A stretch of DNA of 64,000 nucleotides from Eledone cirrhosa (GCA_964016885.1 OZ024742.1:13578001-13642000); one strand, 5' to 3'. Counted from the first letter of the stretch, positions 45,035-58,620 are shown. A program made the numbers and translations. The notes: generated by a model from the sequence alone, not told the origin.

Positions 45035-45263
45035 TCGAAATATAACAAAGGAATATAATAGACAAAATCCATGGGGCTGAAAGCAGAGACATGAGGGCGA
45101 CCGACAGAGCTAGAAGCTGCTAAATGTTTGGCCGCCTCCTGTTATTTTATAATAATTAACTCCGTACTTGCACCACCAACAACACAAACGAAGACGTAAT
45201 ATTACATCAAGGTTGACTATACGGTATGACCAGTTCTATCCAGTAGTGAACCAACAAACCTAA

Positions 45264-45309
<46 letters not shown>

Positions 45310-45903
45310 GCCTGTCCGTCTATATAAGTTTATCTACAAATAAAATTACTGCAAATATATAAAACAACATTTTAAGGCAGCAAAATATATCCTCTGTACC
45401 ATGGATATATATACATGGTACTAGTGACATCGGAGCTCAGTTGTACATCTTAGTTACCTGGAGCAACATGGAATAAAGTGCTTTGCTCTAGCACCCAACA
45501 CATAGCATTCGAGAGGTCATAAGTTCGAATATATATATATATATATATATATATCGAGGATATATTTTACTGCCTTAAAAAGTTGCAGTAATTTTATATG
45601 TAGATAACTTTACATATATATATATATATATATATCATAAAACATGTCTATAGAATCACCAGATAAAATATATACAATTTCCTCTCCCAATTAGCATAAT
45701 TAACTATATAAAAAATCGAATAGACCAGGCTATAAGAATAAGGCTTCTATGAAGAAATCTCCAACAAATAACCGAAACTAGCCCTTCGCGTCGGCCACGA
45801 CGGAATATTTATCGAATATTTCGACAGCGTAATCGCCCAGATACAGTCAATTAAACAGAATTAGGTGTAAAATAAACTAGGAGAATATAGAATACATTTA
45901 AAT

Positions 45904-45979
45904 ACCTCTACCATGGTTTCGTCCGCATTTTGAGATTTCCAATAACTTTGGAACTCGAGCATCAGACTCATCAGGAGAT
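45904..45979 (-). ncRNA. Type I hammerhead ribozyme motif, intact
   Basis: Reverse complement: ATCTC-CTGATGA-GTCTG...CGGAC-GAAA-CCATGG-TA-GAGGT. Confidence 0.8.
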
Positions 45980-46179
45980 TTGCTCCGATCCAGACATTAA
46001 ATTTTCCACAGTGATCGCGCCAAGAATTCATTCAAAAATGGCTAAGAATCGTGACGTAGCAGCGGTCAGGTTGGAAAGAGTGTGGTAGTTGCTTACGGCT
46101 GATGGCTTTTTGCTAGAAAGCACAGCACAATACAGCCAAATTTGTATCTCAACCTAATGGGAGATTATTACATAGAAAA

Positions 46180-46223
<44 letters not shown>

Positions 46224-46460
46224 GTGTTTTGCAACGGGTCACTTTGTGGCTCGATGAAAAGTTAATATATTAAATAATCAGATCTATATATCATAAAACA
46301 TGTCTATAGAATCACCAGATAAAATATATACCTTTTCCTCACCCAATTAGCATAATTAACTATATAAAACAATAACATGTAAACAACAATAATAAAATAC
46401 ATATACATATATATACACACACATGCACACACATAAACATATCTATAGACACACACACAT

Positions 46461-49400
46461 GATAGCATCTAACAGCGCTGCGATCCAATATGGCTTTTTA
46501 GCCCAGCCAATGATCTAAAATGTCTTGCACGGAGTCAGGAACCAAAACATTCAGTGGGAATAGCCGGCTATGGTTGTAGTTCATGTACTTTTGCATTTCG
46601 CTTGAGCCCTCCTGCTGATTTACATTCTCTACCACATGCTTGGCAAGCATGATGAGTAGCATCTCCAACAGCAGTCTGGTAGTCAACCACTGGTCTTACT
46701 TTATGACTGCGAAGATGACTTTCGAGTCCAGCTTTGCTTAGGCAGAGTCTCGCACAGACGCTGCATGTCAGCACCATAGGAGGACCCTTTCCGTCTGGAA
46801 GTGCAACAGCAATGCCCTTCCTCACATCCCGCTTTACTTTCTCGTATGCGATTCGAGATGCCTCAAAGGCAACTTTTCTCTCATATACAGTCTTTCTCCA
46901 TTTATTACGATCAGCAGCAATATTTTCCCTTGTATCAGCAGAGATATTAGCGGCTTTCAAAGAGGCTTTCAAGGAATCCTTATACCTCTTTTTTGGTTTA
47001 TGTGGCGGTTGTTTTCCTTTAACTAACTCTCCATAAAAAAGGTGTTTTGGTATTCTAGAATCCTTCATCCTGGCAAGGTGACCACTCCAACGGAGTCGTT
47101 GCTTAAGCACAAGAGCTTCTATACTGTCACACATAGAGCTTTCCAAAATCTCGATATCACTGATGTGGTCCCTAAAGTGAAGGCCATAGATCTGTCTGAG
47201 ACACATCTGATGGAAACGCTCCAATTGCTTATGGTGGTGTCGATATGTGACCCAGGTCTCGCAGGCATAAAGAAGACAAGAGAGCACACATGCCTTGTAC
47301 ACCTTTACTTTTGTCTTCTTGCATTTGTCTCGCCGACCCCAGAGTCGCCTTTCTAGCTTTCCGAAAGCATCACTTGCTTTCCTAATCCTAAGTGAGATTT
47401 CACTGTCAAGGTTGCTGTATCGATTGACAGTGCTTCCCAGGTAGACAAACTGATCAACCACTCCAAGTCGTTCACCATACACATAGATATTTTGTTAAGT
47501 GTACTGCTTACCAGGGGCAGGTTGGTACATGACGACGGTTTTCTTGAGACTGAGAGTCAATCCTAGGACAGTGCAAGCGTCAGAAAATGCATTCAAAATG
47601 TGCTGTATATCACTCTCTGTGTGTGCTACAAGATCGCAATCATCTGCATGCAAGAGGTCTCTTATGATTGATGTAAATACTTTTGTCTTTGCAGCAAAGA
47701 GTCTGATATTAAATATGCTGCCTGAGGTTCGATATCGGATGTAAACACCATGCTCGCAATTCCTGAATGCAATACAGAAAACCATTGCAAAGTATATGGC
47801 AAACAGGGACGGTGCTGGAATATCCCCCTGTTTCACTCCATTTTTTACTGAGATAGGCTCCGACATGTTACCTCCGACATTAACCCAAGCCTTCATGTCG
47901 TCATGGAAAGACCTAACTAAAGCCAGGAACTTATCAGAGCAACCAAGTTTCTGGAGAACCTTTCATAATGCATTCTTGTTAACAGTATCGAAATCTTTTG
48001 TCAGATCGACAAAAACCTGATACAGATCCAAACCTTGTTCCATGCACTTCTCCTGGAGTGTCTAACTGAGAAGATCATATCAGTAGTGCCGCGTCCAGCA
48101 CGAAAACCAGATTGACTTTCAGGAAGAACACAATCTGCAATGTGTGTCAGCAGACGGTCCAGAAGCACCCTACATAAAACTTTCCCTACGACAGAAAGCA
48201 ATGATATACCTCTGTAGTTCCCACAATCATTCCTGTTACCCTTTCCCTTGTACAAGACCACCATTACTGCATCTCTCCAGTCCTCAGGTACGGATTCATT
48301 AGCCCATATCCTGCCAAACAAAGAGTGAAGATGTTGCAGGAGTCTCTCACCACCATATTGTAGGAGCTCAGCATGTATGCCATCCATACCTGGAGACCTT
48401 CCACTGTTCAGCTTCGAGCCACTGCAACCTCCACAAGGGTCTGAGGTCCTGCGAGAGCTACTTTCACAGGACTTTCTGGAATGAGATTGAGTAAATCTTC
48501 ACTGACGACAGACCGCTGATTCAAAAGATCATCAAAGTGCTCTCGCCACCTTCGTAGAATTCCTTGTGAATCACGAAGAAGATCTTTGCCATCCTTGCTG
48601 CGAAGAGGGGTCACCAGAGAAGAAGACGTCCATAAACCTCACGCAAGAGACTGTACAACAGCTTTGTGTTATTGGAATCTGACGCAGTTTGCATCTCAAC
48701 AGCCTTCTCACTCCACCACTGATCCTTCATCTGAGAAAGACTCCGCCTAACACGTGATTTTACATCCTTGAGTTTCTCATGCAACGTATTCCTCTCCTGT
48801 GGTTTTGCCGTCAAGTAGCGTGGCAGAGCACGCCTCTTATCAGCCAACAAGTCTTCTATATGTACATTATTCTCATTAAACCAGTCCTGATGTTTTCTCT
48901 GCACCAATCCCAGAACACGCCTGCCTACATCATAAACCGACTTTTTAAGGGTCGGCCAATCCTCACCTAGATCTGCAGCCTGCATCACTTCTTCCAATGT
49001 CCTTTTCACATTTTTATCCTTAAGACGAGCAGCATTCAATCTTTTGGGAAGGGCAACACCAGGAGCCCGGATTTTACGTTTAGTGATTAGTTTCACTTTT
49101 GCGCGTACCAGGCGGTGGTCCGTCCAGCACTCAGCTCCACGAAGAGCACGAACACACTGCACATCCTGTCTGTCACGCATCCTGACTAGGACGTAGTCCA
49201 AAAGATGCCATTCCTTTGTTGGAACATGGTGTTGGTAACACACAGATCCAGCTCCTCACACATCTGCAGCAGGAGCATACCATTGTTGTTGCACTTTCCC
49301 ACCCCATGCCTTCCGATTACATTCCATGTGTTAAAATCCCTACCCACTCGAGCATTAAAGTCACCAAGCACGATGACTTTGTCTGCCTGAGGGATATTTC

Positions 49401-49708
49401 TTAAAACACCTTTCAAGGCATGGTAAAATGACACTTTTTCATACAAACCCACCAGGGTCGCATATCTTCCTTTGTCCAGAGAAATTCCCATGGACATAAG
49501 ACGCTCACTAATCCCTACTGGGAATTCTTCTAATTTATTCACAAGAACAGTCTTAACAGCAAATCCTACCACAGCCTCTCTTCTGGTTCCTTCATCTCTT
49601 CCTTTCCAGAAGAATGTATATTCTCCACAAAATTCTGTAAGATGACCATCTCCAGCTAACCTCGTCTCAGATAAAGCCATGATGTCAAGATCGTAACGTC
49701 GAAGCTCC
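46461..49708 (-). mobile_element. RTE (BovB-like) LINE, nearly complete ORF, frameshifted, with C-terminal C2H2-like fingers
   Basis: ALSETRL, VLGDFNARVG, WHLLDYV, TDHRLV, CGNYRGISLLS, PESQSGFR, GVKQG, HADD, YLGS, RLRWSGH and CSVCARLCLSKAGLESHLRSH. Confidence 0.95.
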
Positions 49709-50945
49709 AAGGTGTTAGCAAAGGTGTTAGCAAAGATCCTGTCTATATACGATCTAGATGACCCCATTCGGTTGATCCATGTCCATGCTGGCACATATGA
49801 GAAATCTAGTCGATACCTGTCAGACAGTTGGAACTGGCTGAGTAGGTGCTTGAAGTTTTTGCACCCCCCGCTCCTATCGGCTACTCCCACACAATCCCAG
49901 CGTGCGTCTAAGATGCCATTCCAATCCCCCGCTAACAGTAAAGGGCGAGACGTACCCAGAAAGGTCGCCAGGCGCCTAAAGAAGTCCGGTCGTCCGGCCC
50001 CTGTAGGGGCGTAGACGGCCAGCAGTCTAAAGGCACCACCTTCGCTACTGCTCACATCCAAGACCACTAACTTACCGTCCGGGTCCCAGAAGATAGACCT
50101 TACCTCGAGATCCAGTCCTTTCCTAAACAGCACTGCCACCCCACCCCCCATTCCCGGCCTGCTAACATATGCGAAGATCTGATAGTCGTCGAAAATGGGG
50201 GCTAGTGCGCGCGTGTCGGAAATTCTGCTCTCGCTGACGGCAATCACATCCATTTGCAGCGACCTGAGGTCGTTGAGCAGGCGACCCTCCTTCCAGGGTG
50301 ACCCCAGGCCGCGAACATTTAAACTTCCTACTCTTAATATGGCCATGTTGGTAAGCTAAGAGAGAGAGGGAAGGTTTACTTACCTCCCGGGGTCTTGTGA
50401 AGGTCGGGTGATTCGACCTCCATGGTTGGTGGGGTTTCTTTTGGGAACCCCTTTAAAAGTCTCGATGTGGGTTTCACATTCGGGGTTCCCACGCCTTGAA
50501 GAAAGCGCTCTCGAATTTCTTTGAAGGAATTGAGTGACATTCGGACCAGAAGCAAATCTTCTGGCACGCAAAATGTGCTCATTTCAAAAATCTCCCCCTC
50601 TGTTTGAATGTCCTCGCTTCGTGCTAAGAGGGCCATCAGTTTATCGTTGGCCCTTCTGACAAGCACGAAGTTTTTAACATTTTGTTGGTGTGGTTTTATT
50701 TGTTTTCGTTTTGGTGACTGTGGTGGTGATGGTTTTGGTGGTGTTGTTTCGGATATGTCTGTGTTTGTTGTAGGTGTGGTGTCTGCAATTTCAGGTATTT
50801 GTGTGTTTATTTGTACTTGTGTTTGTTTAGGTTGTTTGCGTTTCGGAGATTGTGGGGGTGGTGTCGATGTTGCTGTTGGTGCTGATGTTATTGGGGAAGT
50901 GTTTGCGTTAGTGGTGTCTGTATTTGTTGTTGTGTATGTTTTTGT
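49709..50945 (-). mobile_element. Tx1/L1-type LINE fragment (ORF1 C-terminal part and APE endonuclease)
   Basis: SLNVRGL, VSESRI, GGGVAVLF, DPDGKLVVLD, VYAPT, AGDWN, WTW..SYIDRIF. A short upstream ORF (50376..50666) ends just before the ATG at 50346. Confidence 0.85.
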
Positions 50946-51544
50946 AATAATAATACACTATTAATAATTATTAATTAATGCAATCGTGCAATACCTGTGC
51001 GTGACGAATATTTTTAAAGTGAAGAAAGATTGTGCACTGAGCCAATCCCACTCTCTGAGCGACAGTAGCTATAACCCGAAAAGAAGAAAAGATCAACATC
51101 ATCGGTAACTACTGAGCTGCAGGTTTTATGTCGGAGTTAACCCAATTTCCTGAGATGCCTTCTCCTAGAAGAATGCCCTGACAAGGGCTAGGGGTTCTTC
51201 ACTCCCAGTGGTTTAAGTGCGCGATCGGGCATCCAGTCCGATTATTTCTATGTCGCCGCGCAAAAAAAAAAAGAAAAACTCACTTATTGACACTTATACG
51301 TACGACACACACACACGCGCACACACACGCGCACACATACGCGCGCGCACAGCAACACTCATACATACACACACACACACACACACACGCTACTCACTTA
51401 CACACACATATATACATATAATATATATATATATATTACCGTCATTACTGATACAAGATTACAAGATTATGTCAACTGTTGACTTTCAAGAGTTTGTATA
51501 GTTGAAGCCGTTCGTATTACAGTCCAGTATAACTATAATTGCTT

Positions 51545-51690
51545 TACAGCATAGAGCTATGGCTCTCCACGCTCTGAGCTCAAATCCCACCGAGGTCAAC
51601 CTTGCCTTTCATCCCCACGGAGTCAACAAAAGAGAGTACCAGTAATGCGCTGGACCAGTCGCTGGATCCGTGCCAAATGCAGAAAAATTA
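51545..51690 (+). mobile_element. tRNA-derived SINE fragment
   Basis: CTGAGCTCAAATCCCACCGAGGTCAACCTTGCCTTTCATCCCCACGG...GTACCAGTAATG. Confidence 0.75.
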
Positions 51691-51789
51691 TTATTATTAA
51701 AGTTGTTTTCTTAAGGCCCGGTCGCTGGTGATAGTGATGGCGGCGGTGGTGGTGGTGGCAGTTGATGTTGTTGTTGTGTTGTGTGCGTG

Positions 51790-51820
<31 letters not shown>

Positions 51821-51966
51821 TAATCGTTTGATGCCGCTGTTGTTGTTGTAAATGTTCATTTCAATTCATTCTGAGGGTTTTGTTGCTGTAAACATTAGTG
51901 CCGGTGTTGTTGTAGATATTGGGGTTGAAATCTGGTCGTTTGACTGAGTGATATATATACACACAT

Positions 51967-52492
51967 ATGGTGGCTGCCAACTCGTTTTCGAGTACGGCCA
52001 CTACTTTATATCCATGTAGGAGAACCCCTACTGATGCGCTGAACGAGTGTGACTTTTTAGTCCAGCCAGAGACTTGAAAACTCTGGTACAAACACTAGAC
52101 TTGTGACAATTACTGACACATAGTGCTGGGCCCATGGTACCCTGTGACGACAAGCGCAGAGAGATCTCCAGATATAAAGCAATGCCTGTGCCGTGAAGCT
52201 TTTATAGTGAGCAAAGGCACTGCACAAAGCCAGTCCCACTCTCTTAACCAAGATGATATTTACCAAAAAGAACACGCGAACATCATTGGATACCATCAGG
52301 GTTGCAGGTGCTATATCAGAGTTTTCCTTCTCCTAGAATTCTGCCTTGACAAAGGCTAAGGGGTCATCTCTCCCGGTGATTTTGGATGGCCATTGACTCT
52401 TAAGAGCTCCTTTGCCCTTTGACAGTTTTTGTTTTTAGTCCTGCAGGATGTCCAAAGTCACCCTCCTCACCAAGAAACCTTGGTGGGGTTGC
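51967..52492 (-). mobile_element. Probable bipartite non-autonomous RTE derivative (5'UTR-like part plus 3' tail)
   Basis: The reverse strand contains TCTAGGAGAAGGAAAACTCTGA (RTE 5'UTR-like motif) and ends CTCGAAAACGAGTTGGCAGCCA. Partial copies lie at 55052-55339 and 52697-52740, and a related motif at about 51140-51206. Confidence 0.5.
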
Positions 52493-52797
52493 ACATACAT
52501 ACATACCTACATATATACATACATACACACATACATACCTACATATATACCTACATATATATATACATACATACACACATACATACCTACATACACACAT
52601 ACCTACATACTTACATAGACGCATACATACCTACATATATACATTCATACACACATACATACCTACACATACATACACATAACTACATATATACATGATG
52701 ATGGCTGCCCCCTCGTTATCGAGTATGGCCATTGCACGAGGAGAAAAAAAATTAATAAATAAATAAAAAATAAAATAAAAATAAAAGAAAATAAATA

Positions 52798-52857
<60 letters not shown>

Positions 52858-53013
52858 TAAATATATACACACACACATATACATTAATAACAATAATAAT
52901 AATAATAATAACAACAATAATAATAACGACAACAACAATAATAATATACATATACATATATATATACACACACACGCAGACACATAAACATATCTATACA
53001 CACACACACACAC

Positions 53014-54119
53014 GATAGCAACTAACAGCGCTGCGATCGAATGTGGCTTTTTAGCCCAGCCAATGATCTAAAATGTCTTGCACAGAGTCGGCAACCAAAA
53101 CATTCACTGGGAATAGTCGGCTGTGGTTGTAGTTCGTGTACTTTTGCATTTCGCTTGAGCCCTCCTGCTGATTTACATTCTCTACCACATGTTTGGCAAG
53201 CATGATGAGTAGCATCTCCAAAAGCAGCCTGGTAGTCAACCACTGGTCTTACTTTATGACTGCGAAGATGACTTTCGAGTCCAGCTTTGCTTAGGCAGAG
53301 TCTCGCACAGACGCTGCATATCAGCACCATAGGAGGACCCTCGCCGTCTGGAAGTGCAACAGCAATGCCCTTCCTCACATCCCGCTTTACTTTCTCATAT
53401 GCGATTCGAGATGCCTCAAAGGCACTTTTCCCTCATATACAGTCTTTCTCCATGTATTACGATCAGCAGCAATATTTTCCCATGTATCAGCAGAGATGTT
53501 AGCGTCTTTCAGAGAGGCTTTCAAGGAATCCTTATACCTCTTTAATGGTTTATGTGGCAGTCGTTTTCCTTTAACCAACTCTCCATAAAAGATTTGTTTT
53601 GGTATTCTAGAATCCTTCATCCCGGCAAGGTGACCACCTCAACGGAGTCGTTGTTTAAGCACAAGAGCTTCTATACTGTCACACATAGAAATATCCAAAA
53701 TCTCGATATCACTGATGTGGTCCCTCCAGCGAACGCCATGGTTCCGTCTGAGACACATCTGATGGAAACGCTCCAATTGCCTAAGGTGGTGTCGATATGT
53801 GACTCATGCCTCGCAAGCATAAAGAAGACAAGAGAGCACACATGCCCTGTATACCTTTACCTTTGTCCTCCTACATATGTCTCGCCGACCCCAGAGTCGC
53901 CTTTCTAGCTTTCCGAAAGCATCACTTGCTTTCCTAATCCTAAGTGAGATTTCACTGTCAAGGTTGCTGTATCGATTGACAGTGCTTCCCAGATAGACAA
54001 ACTGATCAACCACTCCAAGTCGTTTACCATACACATAGATATTTGGTTCAGTGTACTGCTTACCAGGGGGAGGTTGGTACATGACGACGGTTTGCTTGAG
54101 ACTGACAGTCAATCCTAGG
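53014..54119 (-). mobile_element. Second, 5'-truncated copy of the RTE LINE 3' end
   Basis: Collinear and highly similar to 46461-47567. ORFs 53022..53378, 53387..53620 and 53804..54136. Confidence 0.95.
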
Positions 54120-54545
54120 GATATATATACATACATACCTACCTACATACATACATACACAGACAAAAAGGTGCAAACTGTTTAAATTCCACTTCACCCA
54201 CACCACCTCAACCCACCCACATCACCCCCAATCCAGACCTCCAATAACATTTCAATATTTCAACTTCTCTTTGGAGGTGGAAGGTTGCTCATATATATAC
54301 ACACACACATATATATACACAGACATTCAACACAGAGTAGAGAGTTTGACAACAGGTCGTGACTTTAGTCTAGATAGGGTAGTGTAAATGTAAATGTGAT
54401 GGAGGGGAGAGAGTGTAGACGTTATTGTGGTGGCGGGGGACAGTGAGATGTATCTAGTTCATTTGTCTTTTCTTCTCTTTGCAAAATTTGAATCTTAGCC
54501 ATGTTATATTTAGATGTAAGTAAATGTAAAATATAAAATATAAAT

Positions 54546-54723
54546 AATTGTTTCTACTTTTGGCACAAGGCCAGCAATTACCCAGTTCATTACTGGTACT
54601 TTATTGTATCGACCTGGTAAGGATGAAAGGCAAAGTTAACCTGGACGGGATTTGAACTCAGACGGTAAAGGGACGTAACTATGCGGGAAAGCATGGCGTC
54701 TGACCCTCTACCGATACTGCCAA
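54546..54723 (-). mobile_element. tRNA-derived SINE, same subfamily
   Basis: Reverse complement of the 35.5-kb unit. Confidence 0.9.
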
Positions 54724-55051
54724 TATAAATAATAAATAAGGATTGCTCTGGTAAAATATACGAAAATATTTGTGTAACTTCCACAAACTTATGTCGTGAC
54801 ATTCCCGAGTCCAGTGACCAAAAAATTGTTGTATTTTGATGTTTCAGAATACAAAAATTAATTAAAAACTTACCCCACAAAAAGACAGCGTGTGTTGTCC
54901 TATCAAAAAGCTCCCTTACATACGTACATACATACATACGTACATACATATATACATACATACATACATACATACATACATACATACATACATACACACA
55001 CATACATACACACACATACATACATACATACATACATACGTAAATACATAC

Positions 55052-55339
55052 ATGGTAGCTGCCAACTCGTTTTCGAGTACGGTCACTACTTTATATCCAT
55101 GTAGGAGAACCCCTACCGATGCGCTGAACGAGTGTGACTTTTTAGTCCAGCCAGCGACTTGAAAACTCTGGTACAAACACTACACCTGTGACAATTATTG
55201 ACACATAGTGCTGGGCCCATGGTCCCATGTGACGACAAGGGCAGATAGATCTCCAGATATAAAGCAATGCCTGTGCCGTGAAGCTTTTATTGTGAGCAAA
55301 GTCACTGCACAAAGCCAGTCCCACTCTCTTAACCAAGAT
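55052..55339 (-). mobile_element. Truncated second copy of the 51967-52255 repeat
   Basis: Direct alignment over about 290 bp with few mismatches. Embedded in (TACA)n. Confidence 0.8.
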
Positions 55340-55386
55340 ACATACATACATACATACATACATACATACATACATACATACATACA

Positions 55387-55417
<31 letters not shown>

Positions 55418-55643
55418 CTAATCACATTCAAATACTTTAAAACTTCTTGATTGAATCGAAGGAAAAAAAAATCATAGTCAAGGCAAAAGAATTAAACACA
55501 AAAAAGAAAAAACGAATTTCGTAATATATATACACATACATATATATATGTGTGTGTATACATACTTATATACACAGACATATATATATATACATAGATA
55601 TTTACATATATATATATATTTATATATTCATATATATATAGAT

Positions 55644-55744
<101 letters not shown>

Positions 55745-56234
55745 TGTGTATGTGAGTGAGCGTGTTTCTGTGTGCGTATTTTTCTAAAAAACCACTTTCC
55801 TTTCAAAGGGAGCCATACGGTAAACGGATATATCTACAAAGATATACAAAGACATGGATACATATATGTACATACTTCATACATACATGCATACATATTA
55901 TATACTCGCATATATATCTATATGCAGTGATGTATCGTAGAAATTACTAGCTATATCTTTGAAGAATGTAAGCTACATCTCAGAAATACGTGCTTTAGTG
56001 AAATTATTAATGAACAGTGTACATCTAATGATCTGTTCGGCTTACTTATCCTGTCTTAGACGGAAAAAAAATATTAAAACTAGTTATGTACTGAAGAAAT
56101 AGCAAATGAGACATATTGTTCTAGATTTTTGGTAAACTGATTCAATAGAGCTGATTGCCTTTCTGTTGCAGAAGTTCTGCAGTAACAACAAACCACTTTT
56201 GGTTAAATACTCATCGTTATCCTCATCTAGATTA

Positions 56235-56277
56235 CCATCAGCATCATCATCATCATTGGTATCGTTGTCATCATCAG

Positions 56278-56313
<36 letters not shown>

Positions 56314-56314
56314 C

Positions 56315-56354
<40 letters not shown>

Positions 56355-56355
56355 C

Positions 56356-56390
<35 letters not shown>

Positions 56391-56510
56391 TCGCCACTAC
56401 TACTACCACCGCCACTACTATTACTACTAACACTTCTACTACCACCACTATTACAGCAGCAATAGTAGTAGCAGCAGTGGTAGTAGTAGTAGTAGTAGTA
56501 GTAGTAGTAA
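56235..56510. repeat. Compound trinucleotide tract (CAT/ACT/GCT/AGT)
   Basis: Directly visible. Confidence 0.9.
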
Positions 56511-56709
56511 ATGACTTCTAATTTAGACCTAGAGCCAGCAATTGAAATGAAAAGCAAAGTTTATCAAATCGACCGCAGTAGTTGAATGATACTTTCTATA
56601 CAACAACAACAACAACAACAACCACGACGACAACAACAACAACAACAACCACAACAACAACGACAGTAACAAGACAAAAGCAGCAATGTCAACAACAACA
56701 ATGACAATA

Positions 56710-56892
56710 GTTGTTTCTACTTTTGGCACAAGGCCAGCAAATACACAGTGCATTACTGGTATTTTATTTCATCGACCCCGAAAGGATGAACGGAAAAACT
56801 AACCTCAGCGGGATTTGAACACAGGGTGTAAAGGGCCGTAACTCTATGTCGTAAATCATAGTGTCGGACGCTCTACCGATTACTGCCAATCC
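56710..56892 (-). mobile_element. tRNA-derived SINE, same subfamily
   Basis: TTGTTTCTACTTTTGGCACAAGGCCAGCAA...TCGACCCCGAAAGGATGAA...GGATTTGAAC. Confidence 0.85.
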
Positions 56893-57459
56893 AGGAATAA
56901 TAATACTTCTTTCTTTATTGACCACTAGGACCGAAAAACTAGGGACAATAGAAATCGACAAGGGCATTAGGGGTGACATAATTAATTGTGTAAACAGAGA
57001 ATACAAGTTAGAAAATAACACTGAATTAAAACAACACATCACCCCAATATGTAATTTAGAAACCCCACAGGTCCGAAAATACCCTAATTGCCAAGATTGC
57101 CATAAAAAGATGCCCCTCTCTTCTCTGAACTCTCCAGCCTACAGGTTTACGCTCAGAGTAATCTCACTCGTTCGGGCTATACTCGATAAATTCCCCCACA
57201 TTTTAACTAATGTACTTTGAGACAATAAAGGTAAATGTCTATCTTTAGTCCTTTCAGTCACGTCAATCCCACAACCTCTTTCGCCACAGCCACCTGATAG
57301 AGGAAAACTACCAGCACTTCCCAGGCATGGGACACCTTTTTAAGACACCTCTACCAGCCCCTGGAGAATGGTGTTGGACACTGCTCCTGCATCCCTCACT
57401 AAACACATAAGAGGAAAAATATACATAGAGAATGTTCTTTTTTTCGTTCATTTCATTTA

Positions 57460-57563
57460 TCCCGCCCAGGGTAACTTTGTCTTTCATCCTTACGGGGTCG
57501 ATAAAATAAAGTACCAGTAATGTAATGGGTAATTGCTGGCCTTGTGCCAAAAGGAGAAGCAAT
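57460..57563 (+). mobile_element. SINE 3' half, same subfamily
   Basis: CTTTCATCCTTACGGGGTCGATAAAATAAAGTACCAG...GGCCTTGTGCCAAAAGGAGAA. Confidence 0.85.
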
Positions 57564-57801
57564 TATATTTATAAACAGAGTAAACCTACTGGACGCAGCT
57601 GGTAACGTAGTCGGATATTCTAGAATTACAAGACATAACTTGCTCAAACCACATCGTTCTATCATAAATAAAAATAGCAATATATAACATATCGATGAGA
57701 AAACACTAAAAGAATGGGATTGGCGCAGTTGCAATGAGTTTAAATTCGGGGGCCAAACATCTTTCTACTGCAAGTTGCTCTACTTAGATAATATTATTAA
57801 A

Positions 57802-57984
57802 TGGCAGTATCGGTAGAGGGTCGGACACCATGCTTTGACGCATAGAATTATGGTTCTTGCCATTCTGAGTTCAAAACCCACCGAGGTTAACTTTGCCTTT
57901 TATCCTTACGGGGTCGATAAAATAAAGTACCAGTAATGTACTGGGTAATTGCTGGCCTTGTGCCAAAAAGGAGAAACAATTATT
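57802..57984 (+). mobile_element. tRNA-derived SINE, same subfamily
   Basis: Full head-to-tail match to the 35.5-kb unit. Confidence 0.9.
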
Positions 57985-58128
57985 AAATCCCCATGGGGAA
58001 TTATTGGTGTGCTTACCCCTAGACAAAACAGCATTAATGTTATTAAGTATAAATTAGCTTCACATCATTTCTAATTGATGACATAATTAGACGATCCCTA
58101 TGAGAAAATATCAATATTCATAAAAATA

Positions 58129-58609
58129 CTAGCTATACACGTGGCTCCAGATATGGAGCACGTGAGATGATATAAGAAAAAAAACTGGCGCCTCTTTCTC
58201 TTGGAAATCTAAAAAACGACGTTCATTTAAAATGCGACAATTTTGAAAAATACCCACCTCCAAGCCCCCCAAAACAAGAAAGAAAAAGAAATATATAGCT
58301 TACCTTATTTTAACATAATAATTATCTATAATAAAATTATGAATAATACGTTTTTCTTGGCGCTAAGATATGAGTATGGATTTTCTAAAAACTAAAATTA
58401 TATTAGAAAAAACAAGAAAAAGTGCACTGAGAAACCTCGCGATGCATTGCTTTAGTATCACTGAGTTACATAAACGTGGTAGAATATAGTATAATTGAAC
58501 TAACAGGTAGGACATTGACTTTTATTGTATCATGAGACATCGTATTAGTTCGGTCATCACAACCACACGAATTAGCACACACACAGAATCACAGACTCAA
58601 AAACACACA

Positions 58610-58620
<11 letters not shown>
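58129..58620 (-). mobile_element. Possible non-autonomous Helitron
   Basis: The reverse strand ends with hairpin CACGTGCTCC(ATATCT)GGAGCCACGTG followed by TATAGCTAG|T. The 5' side begins (TA)n..GTGTGTGT. Confidence 0.5.

Noticed and set aside
45320-46368. Small inverted repeat (45327-45396 / 45556-45611) and direct repeat (45634-45712 / 46291-46368)
   Set aside because: Real local duplications, but no identifiable element or function beyond the (TA)n-associated rearrangements already reported.
56861-57220. 119-aa ORF with LGTIEIDKGIRGD, weakly like a non-LTR RT motif
   Set aside because: A single short motif with no continuation, so it cannot be assigned.
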